Assembly (NCBI GenBank): GCA_035569855.1
Contig: DATMMH010000223.1
Span: forward strand, 1 to 63,949
Direction: 5' to 3'
DNA length: 63,949 bases
DNA from: Candidatus Dormiibacterota bacterium
Lineage (GTDB): Bacteria > Methylomirabilota > Methylomirabilia > Rokubacteriales > CSP1-6
Both the position numbers and the translations under genes were made by a program. Below the pieces are notes generated by a model that saw only the letters and a program-made list of their open reading frames with translations, did not search any database and was not told the DNA's origin. Shown piece by piece: positions 1 through 9,070 of the stretch (its first letter is position 1; every line of letters begins with the position of its first letter).

Positions 1-819
1 CTCTTCTATCGCGAGGCGGGTGACCGGCGGCACCCGACGCTCGTGCTGCTGCACGGATTCCCCTCGTCCTCGGTCATGTTCCGGGACCTGATGCCGCGCC
101 TGGCCGACCGGCTTCACCTGCTGGCGCCGGACTTCCCGGGGTTCGGGCGCAGCGAGGCCCCGCCGCCTCATGCGTTCCGGTACACGTTCGATCACCTGGC
201 CGAGGTGGTCGACCACTTTCTCGAGCAGCGGGGCGCCGATCGCTACGCGCTGTACCTCCAGGACTACGGCGGCCCGGTCGGATTCCGCATCGCCCTGGCC
301 CATCCCGAGCGGATGCGCGCGCTGGTCGTCCAGAACGCGGTCGCGCACGAGCAGGGGTTGTCGGAGCTCTGGGCACCGCGCCGGGCATTCTGGGCCGATC
401 GCGGGGCGAACGAGGCCGCGGTGCGCGAGAACCTGCTCTCTCTGGCCGCCACGCGGCTACGGCACGTCGGTCGCAGTCCCCATCCCGAGTGGATCGACCC
501 AGACACCTGGGAGAGCGAGTACGCATTTCTCACCCGGCCCGGCATGGTGGATATCCACCTCGACCTGTTCCACGACTATCGAACCAACGTCGCGTCCTAC
601 CCGCGGTGGCAGGCGTATCTCCGCGAGCGGCAGCCGCCGACGCTGGTGGTGTGGGGCAAGCACGACCTTTCGTTCACGGTGGCCGGTGCGGTGGCCTTCG
701 GCGAGGACGTGGCCACCGCCGAGGTAGACCTGCTCGACGCGGGACATTTTGCCCTGGACGAGGCCGCGCCGCAGATCGCCGAGCTGATCCGGAGTTTCTT
801 CGCCCGCCGCGGGTGGTAG
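1..819 (+). CDS. alpha/beta-hydrolase fold protein (haloalkane dehalogenase/epoxide hydrolase-like), 5' end cut by window edge
   Basis: Frame 1 is open from nt 1 (LFYREAGDRRHPTLVLLHGFPSS...). HGFP oxyanion motif, QDYGGPVG Asp nucleophile elbow and C-terminal AGHF are present. Stop at 817-819. Confidence 0.85.
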   Translation, partial: LFYREAGDRRHPTLVLLHGFPSSSVMFRDLMPRLADRLHLLAPDFPGFGRSEAPPPHAFRYTFDHLAEVVDHFLEQRGADRYALYLQDYGGPVGFRIALAHPERMRALVVQNAVAHEQGLSELWAPRRAFWADRGANEAAVRENLLSLAATRLRHVGRSPHPEWIDPDTWESEYAFLTRPGMVDIHLDLFHDYRTNVASYPRWQAYLRERQPPTLVVWGKHDLSFTVAGAVAFGEDVATAEVDLLDAGHFALDEAAPQIAELIRSFFARRGW

Positions 820-960
820 CGCCGCGGCGGAAGCTAGACGAACTCCTCGCTCAGGATCCGCCAGATCTCGTCTTCCAGGTACTCCTCGCAAGGCGAGGCG
901 AGCGGATCCGTGAAGGTGCTACGATATGTGGCCGTAAGCCACTTACTGGAGGAGCAACCC

Positions 961-1899
961 GTGAGCACATCCGAGCGCACCGATCGTATCCGGGGCGTCC
1001 TCTCCCCGGTCGTCACCCCGTTCAAGGCCGACCTCTCCCCCGACCCCGAGCGCTTCGTCCGCCAGTGCCGCTGGCTCCTGTCGCAGGACGTGGGGCTCGC
1101 GGTGTTCGGGACGAACTCGGAGGCCAACTCGCTGTCGACCGACGAGAAGGTGGAGCTGCTGGACCGCCTGGTCGCGGGCGGCATCGATCCGGGACGGCTC
1201 ATGCCGGGCACGGGTTGTTGCGCGCTCACCGACTCGGTGCGCCTCACCGCGCACGCGATGAAGCTCGGGGCGGGCGGCGTGCTGATGCTGCCGCCGTTCT
1301 ACTACAAGGGCGTCTCCGACGACGGGCTCTTCAAGAGCTTCGCCGAGGTGATCGAGCGCGTGGGCGACCGGCGGCTGCGCGTGTACCTCTACCACATCCC
1401 GCCGGTGTCGAACGTGCCGATCACGCTCGAGCTGATCGAGCGGCTGCTCAAGGCGTATCCCGGCATCGTGGCCGGCGTGAAGGACAGCTCGGGAGACTGG
1501 AAGAATACCAAGGCGATGCTCGACGCCTTCGCGGCCTCGGGTTTCGACGTGTTCGCGGGCAGCGAAACCTTCCTGCTCGCCAACATGCGCAACGGCGGGG
1601 CCGGCTGTATCAGCGCGACCGCCAACGTGAACCCCGCCGCGATCGCGCGGCTCTTCCGCGAGTGGCAGACGCCCGAGGCCGACGCCCAGCAGGCGCGCCT
1701 CGACGAGATCCGCGGCATCGTCCAGCGCTATCCGATGATCCCCGCGCTGAAGGCCGTCATCGCCCGCTACGGGGGCGACGCGGCCTGGGTCACGGTGCGC
1801 CCACCCCTGGTGGCGTTGACCCCGGAGCAGCGCGCCGCGGTGGCCGCCGATCTCGGCCGCGCCGCCTTCACGATGCCCGGCCTCGGGCTAGAGGACTGA
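961..1899 (+). CDS. DapA/NanA-family class I aldolase (dihydrodipicolinate synthase-like)
   Basis: ORF 910..1899 carries GVLSPVVTPF, GTNSE, YHIP and GVKDSSGD (Schiff-base Lys region) motifs. GGAGGAG at 948-954 lies 6 nt before GTG 961, so 961 is preferred over GTG 910. Confidence 0.85.
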   Translation: MSTSERTDRIRGVLSPVVTPFKADLSPDPERFVRQCRWLLSQDVGLAVFGTNSEANSLSTDEKVELLDRLVAGGIDPGRLMPGTGCCALTDSVRLTAHAMKLGAGGVLMLPPFYYKGVSDDGLFKSFAEVIERVGDRRLRVYLYHIPPVSNVPITLELIERLLKAYPGIVAGVKDSSGDWKNTKAMLDAFAASGFDVFAGSETFLLANMRNGGAGCISATANVNPAAIARLFREWQTPEADAQQARLDEIRGIVQRYPMIPALKAVIARYGGDAAWVTVRPPLVALTPEQRAAVAADLGRAAFTMPGLGLED

Positions 1900-1904
1900 T
1901 CGCC

Positions 1905-2744
1905 ATGAAGGAGCTGACCGCCCGCCTGAACGCTCTCTGTGACGCGGCGCCGTTCCAGACCAGCTGGTACCTGAAGGATCTCGCCACCGGCGAGCGCACC
2001 GATCGCCTCGGAGACGTGCCGGTACCCTCGGCCAGCACGCGGAAGATCTCGATCCTGATGGCCGCGCTCAAGGCGGTGCACGACGGCAAGCTCGCGCTGG
2101 ACCAGAAGGTCACGGTGGACGCGCGCTATCAGGACAACGACTCGGGCACCTTCCAGCACCTGACGCCCGGCTTCTGGATCACCTTCCGCGACGCGCTGGT
2201 GATGATGATCATCGTCAGCGACAACACCTGTACCGGGCTCGTCGTGGATCTGGTCAGGCTCAGCGAGCTGCAGCGCTACTGCGATTCGGTCGGCCTCACC
2301 CGCACCATCCATCGCTTCGGCATCCCGCCGCGCCTCGGCCCCGACCACTCGCTCGATCAGGTGACCACCACCACCCCCAACGACCAGGGCATGCTGCTCG
2401 AGCTGATCCTGCGCGGCGCCGACGACCCCGCCATCGCGACCCGTCTTGGGGTCACGCCCGCGTTGTGCCGGCTCGCGCTCGACATCCTCTCGTGGCAGAA
2501 GCTCAAGAGCCGGCTCCCCTCCCAGCTGCCACTCGGCACCAAGATCGCCCACAAGACCGGGACCGGATCGCGCGGCTACATGGACGCCGGCATCGTCTAC
2601 AAGGACGATCGCCCACTGTTCATCCTGACCGCCTACACCGAGCACGTGCCCGCCGCGCTGCCCGACGGCACCCCCGGCTTTGCGGCCGCCGCCGCCTTGA
2701 TCGGCCGCATGGCGCGGACCTGCTGGGACACGCTCGGCGCGTGA
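1905..2744 (+). CDS. class A beta-lactamase-related serine hydrolase, no signal peptide
   Basis: This is the C-terminal part of shadow-extended ORF 489..2744. ATG 1905 lies 5 nt after the upstream stop. STRK (SxxK), SDN and KTG motifs are present. No ExxLN omega-loop motif is recognisable. Confidence 0.8.
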   Translation: MKELTARLNALCDAAPFQTSWYLKDLATGERTDRLGDVPVPSASTRKISILMAALKAVHDGKLALDQKVTVDARYQDNDSGTFQHLTPGFWITFRDALVMMIIVSDNTCTGLVVDLVRLSELQRYCDSVGLTRTIHRFGIPPRLGPDHSLDQVTTTTPNDQGMLLELILRGADDPAIATRLGVTPALCRLALDILSWQKLKSRLPSQLPLGTKIAHKTGTGSRGYMDAGIVYKDDRPLFILTAYTEHVPAALPDGTPGFAAAAALIGRMARTCWDTLGA

Positions 2745-3481
2745 GCCCCAAGACGCCGCCGAAGGAGCCGGCCGCGCCGGCGCGGGCGATGAGCATCCAC
2801 GCCCATCCCGACGATCAGGAGTTCACCGTCGGGGGCACGCTCGCCAAGTGGGCCCAGGCGGGCAGCGAGATCGTCACGGTGTGCATCACCTCCGGTGGGG
2901 CGGGCTCGAACAAGTTCACGCCGCGCGACATGACGCGGCACGCGCTGGTGGTCATCCGCGAGGACGAGCAGCGGGAGGCGGGCCGGATCCTGGGCGTGAA
3001 GGAGACCATCTTCCTCGGGCGCGAGGACGGCATGCTGGAGCCGTCCATCGGCCTGCGCCGAGAGCTGACGCGCCTCATCCGGCGCCATCGTCCCGACGCG
3101 GTGCTCTGCGGGGATCCCACCGTGCGCTACTACGGCCCCACCTACATGAACCATCCGGACCACCGCGTGGCCAGTGACGTCGCCCTCGACGCGGTGTTCC
3201 CGTCGGCCGGGACCCGCCTGATCTTCCCCGAGCTCCTGGACGAAGGGCTCGAGCCGCACGAGGTGAAGCAGGTCTACATCCACGGGGCCGAGCGGCCGGA
3301 TACCTACATCGACATCTCGAAGGTCCTCGACGTCAAGCTGGCCGCGCTGCGCGCGCACAAGAGCCAGATGGGCGAGTGGGACCCGGGCGAGATGATCACT
3401 CAGTGGGCGCGCGAGCAGGGCAAGCGCCGCAAGCTCGCCGCGGCCGAGTCCTACCGCCGGATGATCCTGCAGGATCCCTGA
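2741..3481 (+). CDS. PIG-L/LmbE-family deacetylase
   Basis: AHPDDQEF and HPDH metal-binding motifs are present. GTG 2741 overlaps the upstream TGA (GTGA coupling). The listed ORF 2465..3481 is extended upstream by shadow sequence. Confidence 0.8.
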   Translation: MSPKTPPKEPAAPARAMSIHAHPDDQEFTVGGTLAKWAQAGSEIVTVCITSGGAGSNKFTPRDMTRHALVVIREDEQREAGRILGVKETIFLGREDGMLEPSIGLRRELTRLIRRHRPDAVLCGDPTVRYYGPTYMNHPDHRVASDVALDAVFPSAGTRLIFPELLDEGLEPHEVKQVYIHGAERPDTYIDISKVLDVKLAALRAHKSQMGEWDPGEMITQWAREQGKRRKLAAAESYRRMILQDP

Positions 3482-3509
3482 CCGGCGCCGCGCTCCTGGC
3501 CGGCGCCGG
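3482..3509. terminator. GC-rich hairpin between convergent genes (candidate bidirectional terminator)
   Basis: Perfect 9-bp stem CCGGCGCCG (3482-3490) / CGGCGCCGG (3501-3509) with a 10-nt loop, starting directly after the stop at 3481. There is no clear U-tract. Confidence 0.4.
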
Positions 3510-3523
3510 CTGCTACGCCTCCG

Positions 3524-3901
3524 CTACTGAGTCGGCGCGACCTGCAGCCAGCCGCTCGGACAGGCCGCGACCTGCGGGTAGTACCCGGCCGGATCCTGAC
3601 AGTAGTACCAGTACTGGCCCGCCGGCTCCTGCTGCACCACCACCGGGGCCGCGTAGCCATACGGGTACCCGTAGGCGTAGCCATAGTAGGGGTACGGGTA
3701 GAAGCCCGGTCCCACGAACACGCGCGGCCCCACGAACCCACGGGAATGGACGAACGCCCGCGGGCCGATGATCACGTGCGGGCTGCCGTGATGGAACCCG
3801 CCGCCCCGCGGCCCGCCGTGATTGAACGCCAAGGCTGGATATATACCGACTGCGCCGACGAGCATCGTCACCAGCGCCAGGATTCCGATCATCCGTTTCA
3901 T
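3524..3901 (-). CDS. small exported Gly/Tyr/Pro-rich protein with C-terminal YWYYC...CPxGW motif
   Basis: 125-aa ORF with a signal-like N-terminus (MKRMIGILALVTMLVGAVG), a YPYPYYGYAYGYPYGY tract and two Cys in YWYYCQDPAGYYPQVAACPSGW. Confidence 0.6.
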   Translation of the reverse strand: MKRMIGILALVTMLVGAVGIYPALAFNHGGPRGGGFHHGSPHVIIGPRAFVHSRGFVGPRVFVGPGFYPYPYYGYAYGYPYGYAAPVVVQQEPAGQYWYYCQDPAGYYPQVAACPSGWLQVAPTQ

Positions 3902-3940
3902 GTGTATGCCCTCCTCCCCGACTTTCCGTTCCTAGTGTCT

Positions 3941-3960
3941 GACCGAGCCAACGCTCGGTC
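3941..3960 (-). terminator. hairpin downstream of the 2OG-oxygenase gene
   Basis: GACCGAGC-caac-GCTCGGTC forms a perfect 8-bp stem with a 4-nt loop, 53 nt after the stop at 4013. There is no U-tract. Confidence 0.3.
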
Positions 3961-4012
3961 TATTCCAGGTCGGCCCGGGTCGGTCAACTCGGCCGGGGTC
4001 AGGAGGACGGGA

Positions 4013-5041
4013 TTAGCCGACGTAGCCCTTCCGGTGGAAGTAGTTGGCGTTGTAGAACTCGAGGACCAGGTCCCCGTAAACGGCCGGGGGATAACGCGGC
4101 GAGTCATCCGGCCCGGTGCAGCTCGGCAGGCATTCGATCACCGCCGCCGGCGTCGGGCTGTAGAAGAAGGCGATCGAGTAGCGATCGGCGCCGGATTCGT
4201 TCAGCACCGCATGCGGCGTGGAGAGGAAGCGGTCGTTGGACCAGCGCTTCATCATGTTGCCCAGGTTGACCAGGAACGTGCCCGGGATCAACGGAGGCGC
4301 GAGCCACTCTCCGGAGGGCAGCCGGACCGCGAGTCCGGGCACGTCCGTCCGCGCCAGGATCGTGATGAACGAGTTGTCCGTGTGCGGACCCTGGCCGAAC
4401 TGCTCCTCGTCGCTCACGTCCTGCGGCGGGTAGTGCAGGAAGCGCAGGTTGACGTGCGCCTCCCCGGCGAAGAACGGGGCGAAGTAGCCGGCCGGCATGC
4501 CCAGCGCGCGGGCCAGTACCGGCAACATGCGCGCGCCCACCGCGTCGAGCGTCTTGAAGTAGGTCACCATCGCCGCGCGCATGGCCGCGTGCCCTTCCGG
4601 CCACCGGTTGCGCCCACGCAGCGGGGTGCCCGCCAGGACGTCGGGATGATCGGCGGCGCGGTCGTGGCTGATGAAGAAGCTCTCGTTGAAGTTTGGCCGC
4701 GTGGCCTTGTGGACGGTGGACGCCTTCTGGATGGACTGGTTCACCGGCAGGTAGCCGATGTTGTTCTCGTTGAGCGACAGCCGCATCTTCTCCTCGAGCG
4801 GCAGCGCGTGGAACTCGCGGGAGGCCGCGAAGGCCGCGTCCACCACCTCGTCCAGCACGCCGTGGCCCGCGAGGTAGAAGAAGCCGACGGTCTCGCTGGC
4901 GTGCCGCACCTGGGCCGCGAGGGCCTCGAGCGCGGCCGGGTCGCCGGGGTCGGAGCGGAACGCGGGGGAGAAGTCGATGACCGGGATGGCCCGCGTCGCC
5001 TCCTCGATGTCCTTCACCGCCAGGGCCTTGAGGATGTTCAC
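4013..5041 (-). CDS. 2-oxoglutarate/Fe(II)-dependent oxygenase (isopenicillin N synthase-like family)
   Basis: HTDNSF (HxD), distal His in STPHAV and RYSIAFF (RxS) motifs are present. GTG 5041 is preceded by GGGAGG 7 nt upstream. The listed ORF 4013..5266 has an Arg-rich shadow N-terminus. Confidence 0.85.
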   Translation of the reverse strand: MNILKALAVKDIEEATRAIPVIDFSPAFRSDPGDPAALEALAAQVRHASETVGFFYLAGHGVLDEVVDAAFAASREFHALPLEEKMRLSLNENNIGYLPVNQSIQKASTVHKATRPNFNESFFISHDRAADHPDVLAGTPLRGRNRWPEGHAAMRAAMVTYFKTLDAVGARMLPVLARALGMPAGYFAPFFAGEAHVNLRFLHYPPQDVSDEEQFGQGPHTDNSFITILARTDVPGLAVRLPSGEWLAPPLIPGTFLVNLGNMMKRWSNDRFLSTPHAVLNESGADRYSIAFFYSPTPAAVIECLPSCTGPDDSPRYPPAVYGDLVLEFYNANYFHRKGYVG

Positions 5042-5147
5042 GCGCGAGCCTCCCGGTGCGGATCGTAGCGCATCCCGGCGACGGCGGCCAGCACCGGTGG
5101 GCGGCGGACGCCCCGGCCTGGACCGCGCCGAGGGTCCGCCGCCTCGA

Positions 5148-5429
5148 TCAGCAGTTCGGGATCGCCCGCAGCCGCGCCTCGATCTGGTCGCCGACCTTGA
5201 GGTCCTGCAGAGTCTCCTTCGAGGCCTGAAACTCGTGGGTCTTGCCGTCCGCCTCGACGACGGCAACCCGGCCGCCGGCCTCGTCGACCCGGACGACCTT
5301 GCCCTCCACCTTCTGGGGGGCTCCCGCCTTCATCTGCTCACACGTGGGCTTGCTCTGACCCGCCGCGAACCCCGCCCAGAGCGGGACCGCCAGCATGACG
5401 CCCATTGCCACGGCCGTGTACGGTCTCAT
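5148..5429 (-). CDS. small exported hypothetical protein
   Basis: 93-aa ORF with signal peptide MRPYTAVAMGVMLAVPLWAGFAAG, followed by a beta-rich domain (KVEGKVVRVDEAGGRVAVVEADGKTHEF). Confidence 0.6.
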   Translation of the reverse strand: MRPYTAVAMGVMLAVPLWAGFAAGQSKPTCEQMKAGAPQKVEGKVVRVDEAGGRVAVVEADGKTHEFQASKETLQDLKVGDQIEARLRAIPNC

Positions 5430-5444
5430 GATCTCCTCCAGCGG

Positions 5445-5666
5445 TTAGTGTCTGGTGATGTCGTAGATGGCGCCGGCCGCGGCGCCGACGCCGGTTCCGA
5501 TCAACGCGCCCTTGCCCGCCCCGTAGCCGGTGCCGGCGCCGACCGCGGCGCCCGCTCCCGCCCCGACCGCGGCCCCGCCCAGCGTTCCGCACGCGGTGGC
5601 GGTCAGCGAGATGAGCGCGAGACCGATCACGGCGGATGCCTTGCTCTTCGTCTTGGTCGTCGTCAT
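5445..5666 (-). CDS. glycine-zipper lipoprotein (Rick_17kDa/Gly-zipper type)
   Basis: ATG 5666 follows AAGGAGG by 6 nt. Lipobox LTATAC is present, followed by a G-x3-G repeat tract (GAAVGAGAGAAVGAGTGYGAGKGALIGTGVGAAAGA). Confidence 0.7.
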   Translation of the reverse strand: MTTTKTKSKASAVIGLALISLTATACGTLGGAAVGAGAGAAVGAGTGYGAGKGALIGTGVGAAAGAIYDITRH

Positions 5667-5902
5667 GGTCGACCTCCTTGCCGGGTGCACAACGCAACGG
5701 CCGTGCCACGAGCCTTGGCCGCGACCCTCCCGCGCAACTCCTCGCCACGTCGATCGGCGCGTCCGCGCGCGCGAGCAGTCGCGAGAAAATCCTACGCGGC
5801 GGTCGAGGAAAGAATTACTTCACCGAGGCTCTTGCTTCGCCGCGGCCGGTGGGTGATTCTTTCCCGGCCGCCGCTGCGAACGCCGCGCTCCGAGGGAGAG
5901 AC

Positions 5903-6685
5903 ATGGGACAGCTCGATGGCAAGGTCGCGCTCATCACGGGCGCCAGCAAGGGAATCGGGCGGGTGATGAGCCGCCTCTTCGCGCAGGAGGGCGCCGCGGT
6001 GATCTGCGCGGCCCGGAGCCGGGACCTGGTGGCGGAAACCGCGGCCCTCATCGAGGCCGACGGCGGCCGGGCGCTGGCGGTGACCGGCGACGCGGCCACC
6101 GAGGCCGACGTGCAGCGGATGGTGGAGGCCTCGGTCAAGGCCTTCGGCAAGCTCGACACCCTCGTCAACAACGCGGGCGACGGCGGACCGACCAAGCGGG
6201 TGCAGGAGTACACCACCGACGACTGGTTCTACACGATCAACTCCTGCCTCACCAGCTCCTACATGTGCATCCGCTTCGCGGTGCCCGCGATGATCAAGGC
6301 GGGCGGCGGCGCCATCGTCAGCGTCTCGTCCACCGCTGGCCGCCGCGGGCTGCCGTTCCGCATCGGCTACTGCTCGGCCAAGGCCGGGCAGGTCGGGATG
6401 ACCTACGGCATGGCGCTCGAGCTGGCCCCGCACAACATCCGGGTCAACGCCATCGCGCCGGGCGCGGTCGCGGGCGACCGGATCGACCGGGTCATCGCCG
6501 GGCAGGCGGAGGTGCGCGGGGTGGCGCTCGAGGACATGCGGCGCAACTTCGTCGAGCGCGCGCCGCTCAAGCGCATGTCCACCGCGGAGGACATCGCGAC
6601 GCTGGCAGTATACCTCTGCAGCGAGGCGGCCAAGAACCTCTCCGGCCAGTGCATCGCGGTCACCGCGGGCGAGCCCGCGGTCTGA
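5903..6685 (+). CDS. SDR-family oxidoreductase
   Basis: TGASKGIG cofactor motif, NNAG and YCSAKAG (YxxxK) are present. The ATG at 5903 was chosen within shadow-extended ORF 5636..6685. Confidence 0.9.
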   Translation: MGQLDGKVALITGASKGIGRVMSRLFAQEGAAVICAARSRDLVAETAALIEADGGRALAVTGDAATEADVQRMVEASVKAFGKLDTLVNNAGDGGPTKRVQEYTTDDWFYTINSCLTSSYMCIRFAVPAMIKAGGGAIVSVSSTAGRRGLPFRIGYCSAKAGQVGMTYGMALELAPHNIRVNAIAPGAVAGDRIDRVIAGQAEVRGVALEDMRRNFVERAPLKRMSTAEDIATLAVYLCSEAAKNLSGQCIAVTAGEPAV

Positions 6686-6698
6686 GCGGGGGCGCGCC

Positions 6699-8621
6699 GT
6701 GAAGCCAAGCGCCGGCCGCCTCGCCGTCTTCCTGTTCGTCTTCGCTTCGGCCGCGACCGCCCAGTCGCCGACCGATTCCGGCTGGCCCACCTACGGCAAC
6801 GATCCCGGTGGGGCCCGCTACTCGCCGGCCGAGCAGATCGATCGAACGAACGTGGCGCAGCTTCGGGTCGCGTGGACGTACCGGACCGGCGCGCTCGACG
6901 CGGCCACCCCGCTCAACCGCAAGGCCGCGTTCGAGGCCACGCCCATCCTGGTCGACGGCAAGCTCTTCCTGAGCACGCCGTACAACCACGTCATCGCGCT
7001 CGATCCGCGGAGCGGCGCGAGGCTCTGGGAGTACGACGCCGCCCTCGATCTCTCGCACGGCTACTCCGAGGTCACCTCTCGAGGCGTGGCGGCCTGGCGG
7101 GACCCGACCGCCGGGCGGTCGTGCCGGCTTCGCATCTTCATGGGCACGCTCGACGCCCGGCTCATCGCGCTCGACGGCGACACCGGGAAGCCCTGTGCCG
7201 ACTTCGGCGCGGGTGGCCAGGTCGATCTCACTCGTGGAGTCGACCTTCGCGACCTCGGCAACTACCAGGTGACCTCCGCTCCCGCGGTGGCCGGCGACCT
7301 CGTGATCGTCGGCTCGTCCATCGGCGACAACCGGGCGGTGGACGTCGAGCGGGGAATCGTGCGCGCCTTCGACGCCCGTTCGGGCGCGCTCCGCTGGACC
7401 TGGGACCCGATTCCCTGGGCGAGCCAGACCACTCCGCGCACCGGCGCGGGCAACGCCTGGTCGACCGTGTCCGTCGATCCGGAGCGCGGTCTGGTCTTCG
7501 TCCCCACCGGCAGCGCCAGCCCCGACTACTTCGGCGGCGTTCGAAAGGGCGACAACCGGTGGGCCAATTCCGTCGTCGCCCTGCGCGCGGCCACCGGCGA
7601 GCTCGTCTGGGGGTTCCAGGTCGTCCACCACGATCTCTGGGACTACGACGTCGCGTCCCAGCCGACGCTCTTCACGTGGCGGGACCGCACGCCCGCCATC
7701 GCCATCACCACGAAGATGGGGCGCGTATTCATCCTGGATCGCGTGACCGGTACGCCGCTCATCCCGGTGGAGGAGCGCCCGGCGCCCGCGAGCGACGTCC
7801 CCGGCGAGGAAGCGTGGCCGACGCAGCCCTCCTCCGGCATCTCGGTCGTTCCGGAGCGACTCACGCCGGACGACGCGTGGGGCGCCACCGAGGCCGATCG
7901 CACGTGGTGCCGCGACCGGATCGCGGCCTTGCGCTCGGAGGGCATCTTCACGCCCCCGAGCCTGCGGGGCACCGTGGTGTTCCCGGGCCACGTGGGCGGC
8001 GTGAACTGGGGCAGCTCGGCCTACGATCCGGCCCGCCACCTGCTCTTCATGAACACGAACCGCCTGGCCATGACGGTGCGGCTCATCCCGCACGACAAGC
8101 TCGCGCTGGAATCGGCCCACGGCACGAGCGACGAGCGCCTGCGCGCGGAGCTGGCCCTGCAGGCGGGCACGCCGTACGCGATGCGCCGAGTGCCGCTGCT
8201 CTCTCCCGGCGGGACGCCGTGCAATGCGCCGCCGTGGGGCACCCTCGCCGCGGTGGACTTGTTCTCGGGCAAGACCGCGTGGGACGTGCCGCTCGGCTCG
8301 CCGGCGTACAGCACCTTCCGATGGATGCTGGTGTGGCTTTTCCGGCCCGAGCTGCTCCGGGCCGGCAGCCCGAATCTGGGCGGACCGATGGCGACCGCGG
8401 GCGGCCTCGTCTTCAGCGCGGCCTCCATGGACGACCATCTCCGGGCCTTCGACTCCTCCACCGGGCAGGAGGTCTGGAAATACGCGCTGCCCGCGGGCGG
8501 CCAGGCGACGCCGATGAGCTATCGCCTCGACGGACGCCAGTACGTAGTCATCGCGGCGGGCGGCCACGGCAAGCTCGGCACGACGTTGGGCGACTACGTC
8601 GTCGCGTTCACCTTGCCCTGA
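6699..8621 (+). CDS. PQQ-dependent dehydrogenase (glucose/quinate/shikimate family), soluble periplasmic form
   Basis: 640 aa with signal peptide MKPSAGRLAVFLFVFASAATAQ. WPTYGNDPGGARYSP and repeated W-containing propeller motifs are typical of quinoproteins. Confidence 0.85.
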   Translation: MKPSAGRLAVFLFVFASAATAQSPTDSGWPTYGNDPGGARYSPAEQIDRTNVAQLRVAWTYRTGALDAATPLNRKAAFEATPILVDGKLFLSTPYNHVIALDPRSGARLWEYDAALDLSHGYSEVTSRGVAAWRDPTAGRSCRLRIFMGTLDARLIALDGDTGKPCADFGAGGQVDLTRGVDLRDLGNYQVTSAPAVAGDLVIVGSSIGDNRAVDVERGIVRAFDARSGALRWTWDPIPWASQTTPRTGAGNAWSTVSVDPERGLVFVPTGSASPDYFGGVRKGDNRWANSVVALRAATGELVWGFQVVHHDLWDYDVASQPTLFTWRDRTPAIAITTKMGRVFILDRVTGTPLIPVEERPAPASDVPGEEAWPTQPSSGISVVPERLTPDDAWGATEADRTWCRDRIAALRSEGIFTPPSLRGTVVFPGHVGGVNWGSSAYDPARHLLFMNTNRLAMTVRLIPHDKLALESAHGTSDERLRAELALQAGTPYAMRRVPLLSPGGTPCNAPPWGTLAAVDLFSGKTAWDVPLGSPAYSTFRWMLVWLFRPELLRAGSPNLGGPMATAGGLVFSAASMDDHLRAFDSSTGQEVWKYALPAGGQATPMSYRLDGRQYVVIAAGGHGKLGTTLGDYVVAFTLP

Positions 8622-8670
8622 GCCGCCGATCGTGACGGTTAGCCACCGGCGTCGGCTGGTGGTACGCTTC

Positions 8671-8994
8671 ATGCCGATGACCTTTGCTCGTCCTAGGGGC
8701 TGGTGGGTGGCGCTCCTCACCGGCGTCGTGGTGGCTCTGTTCAGCCCGCTCGTCCACGCCTGTCCTTCCGACCCGTCCCGGACAGCCGCCTTCTACGACG
8801 ATCCCGATTTCGACGACGTCGTCGACTTCATCCACTCGAGCGCCGGGGTCGTCGCGATCACCACGACGCTCCCCAAGCCCACGCTCCGCACCCAGGGCGT
8901 GGTGGCCGACGCGGAGGACGTGTGCCCGGCGGCCACCCCCGGCGTTTCTCCCCCCACGCGCTCGCCTCCGGTCTCGCCGATCCCTTCGCTCTGA
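8671..8994 (+). CDS. exported hypothetical protein (FYDDPDFDDVVDF motif)
   Basis: ATG 8671 gives a signal peptide MPMTFARPRGWWVALLTGVVVALFSPLVHA followed by Cys. I recognise no family. The C-terminus is Pro-rich. Confidence 0.45.
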   Translation: MPMTFARPRGWWVALLTGVVVALFSPLVHACPSDPSRTAAFYDDPDFDDVVDFIHSSAGVVAITTTLPKPTLRTQGVVADAEDVCPAATPGVSPPTRSPPVSPIPSL

Positions 8995-9070
8995 TCCGTG
9001 CCACGAAGGCGATCGAGACCCCAGCAGCCGCCGTGCGCCACCGCGCGCGCGGTGGCGGGAGGAACACGAA

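Noticed and set aside
6660-8720. 686-aa ORF on the minus strand covering the whole PQQ dehydrogenase gene
   Set aside because: It is antisense to a gene with clear family motifs. The translation is Arg/Gly/Ala/Pro-rich with no recognisable domain. This is a typical high-GC shadow ORF.
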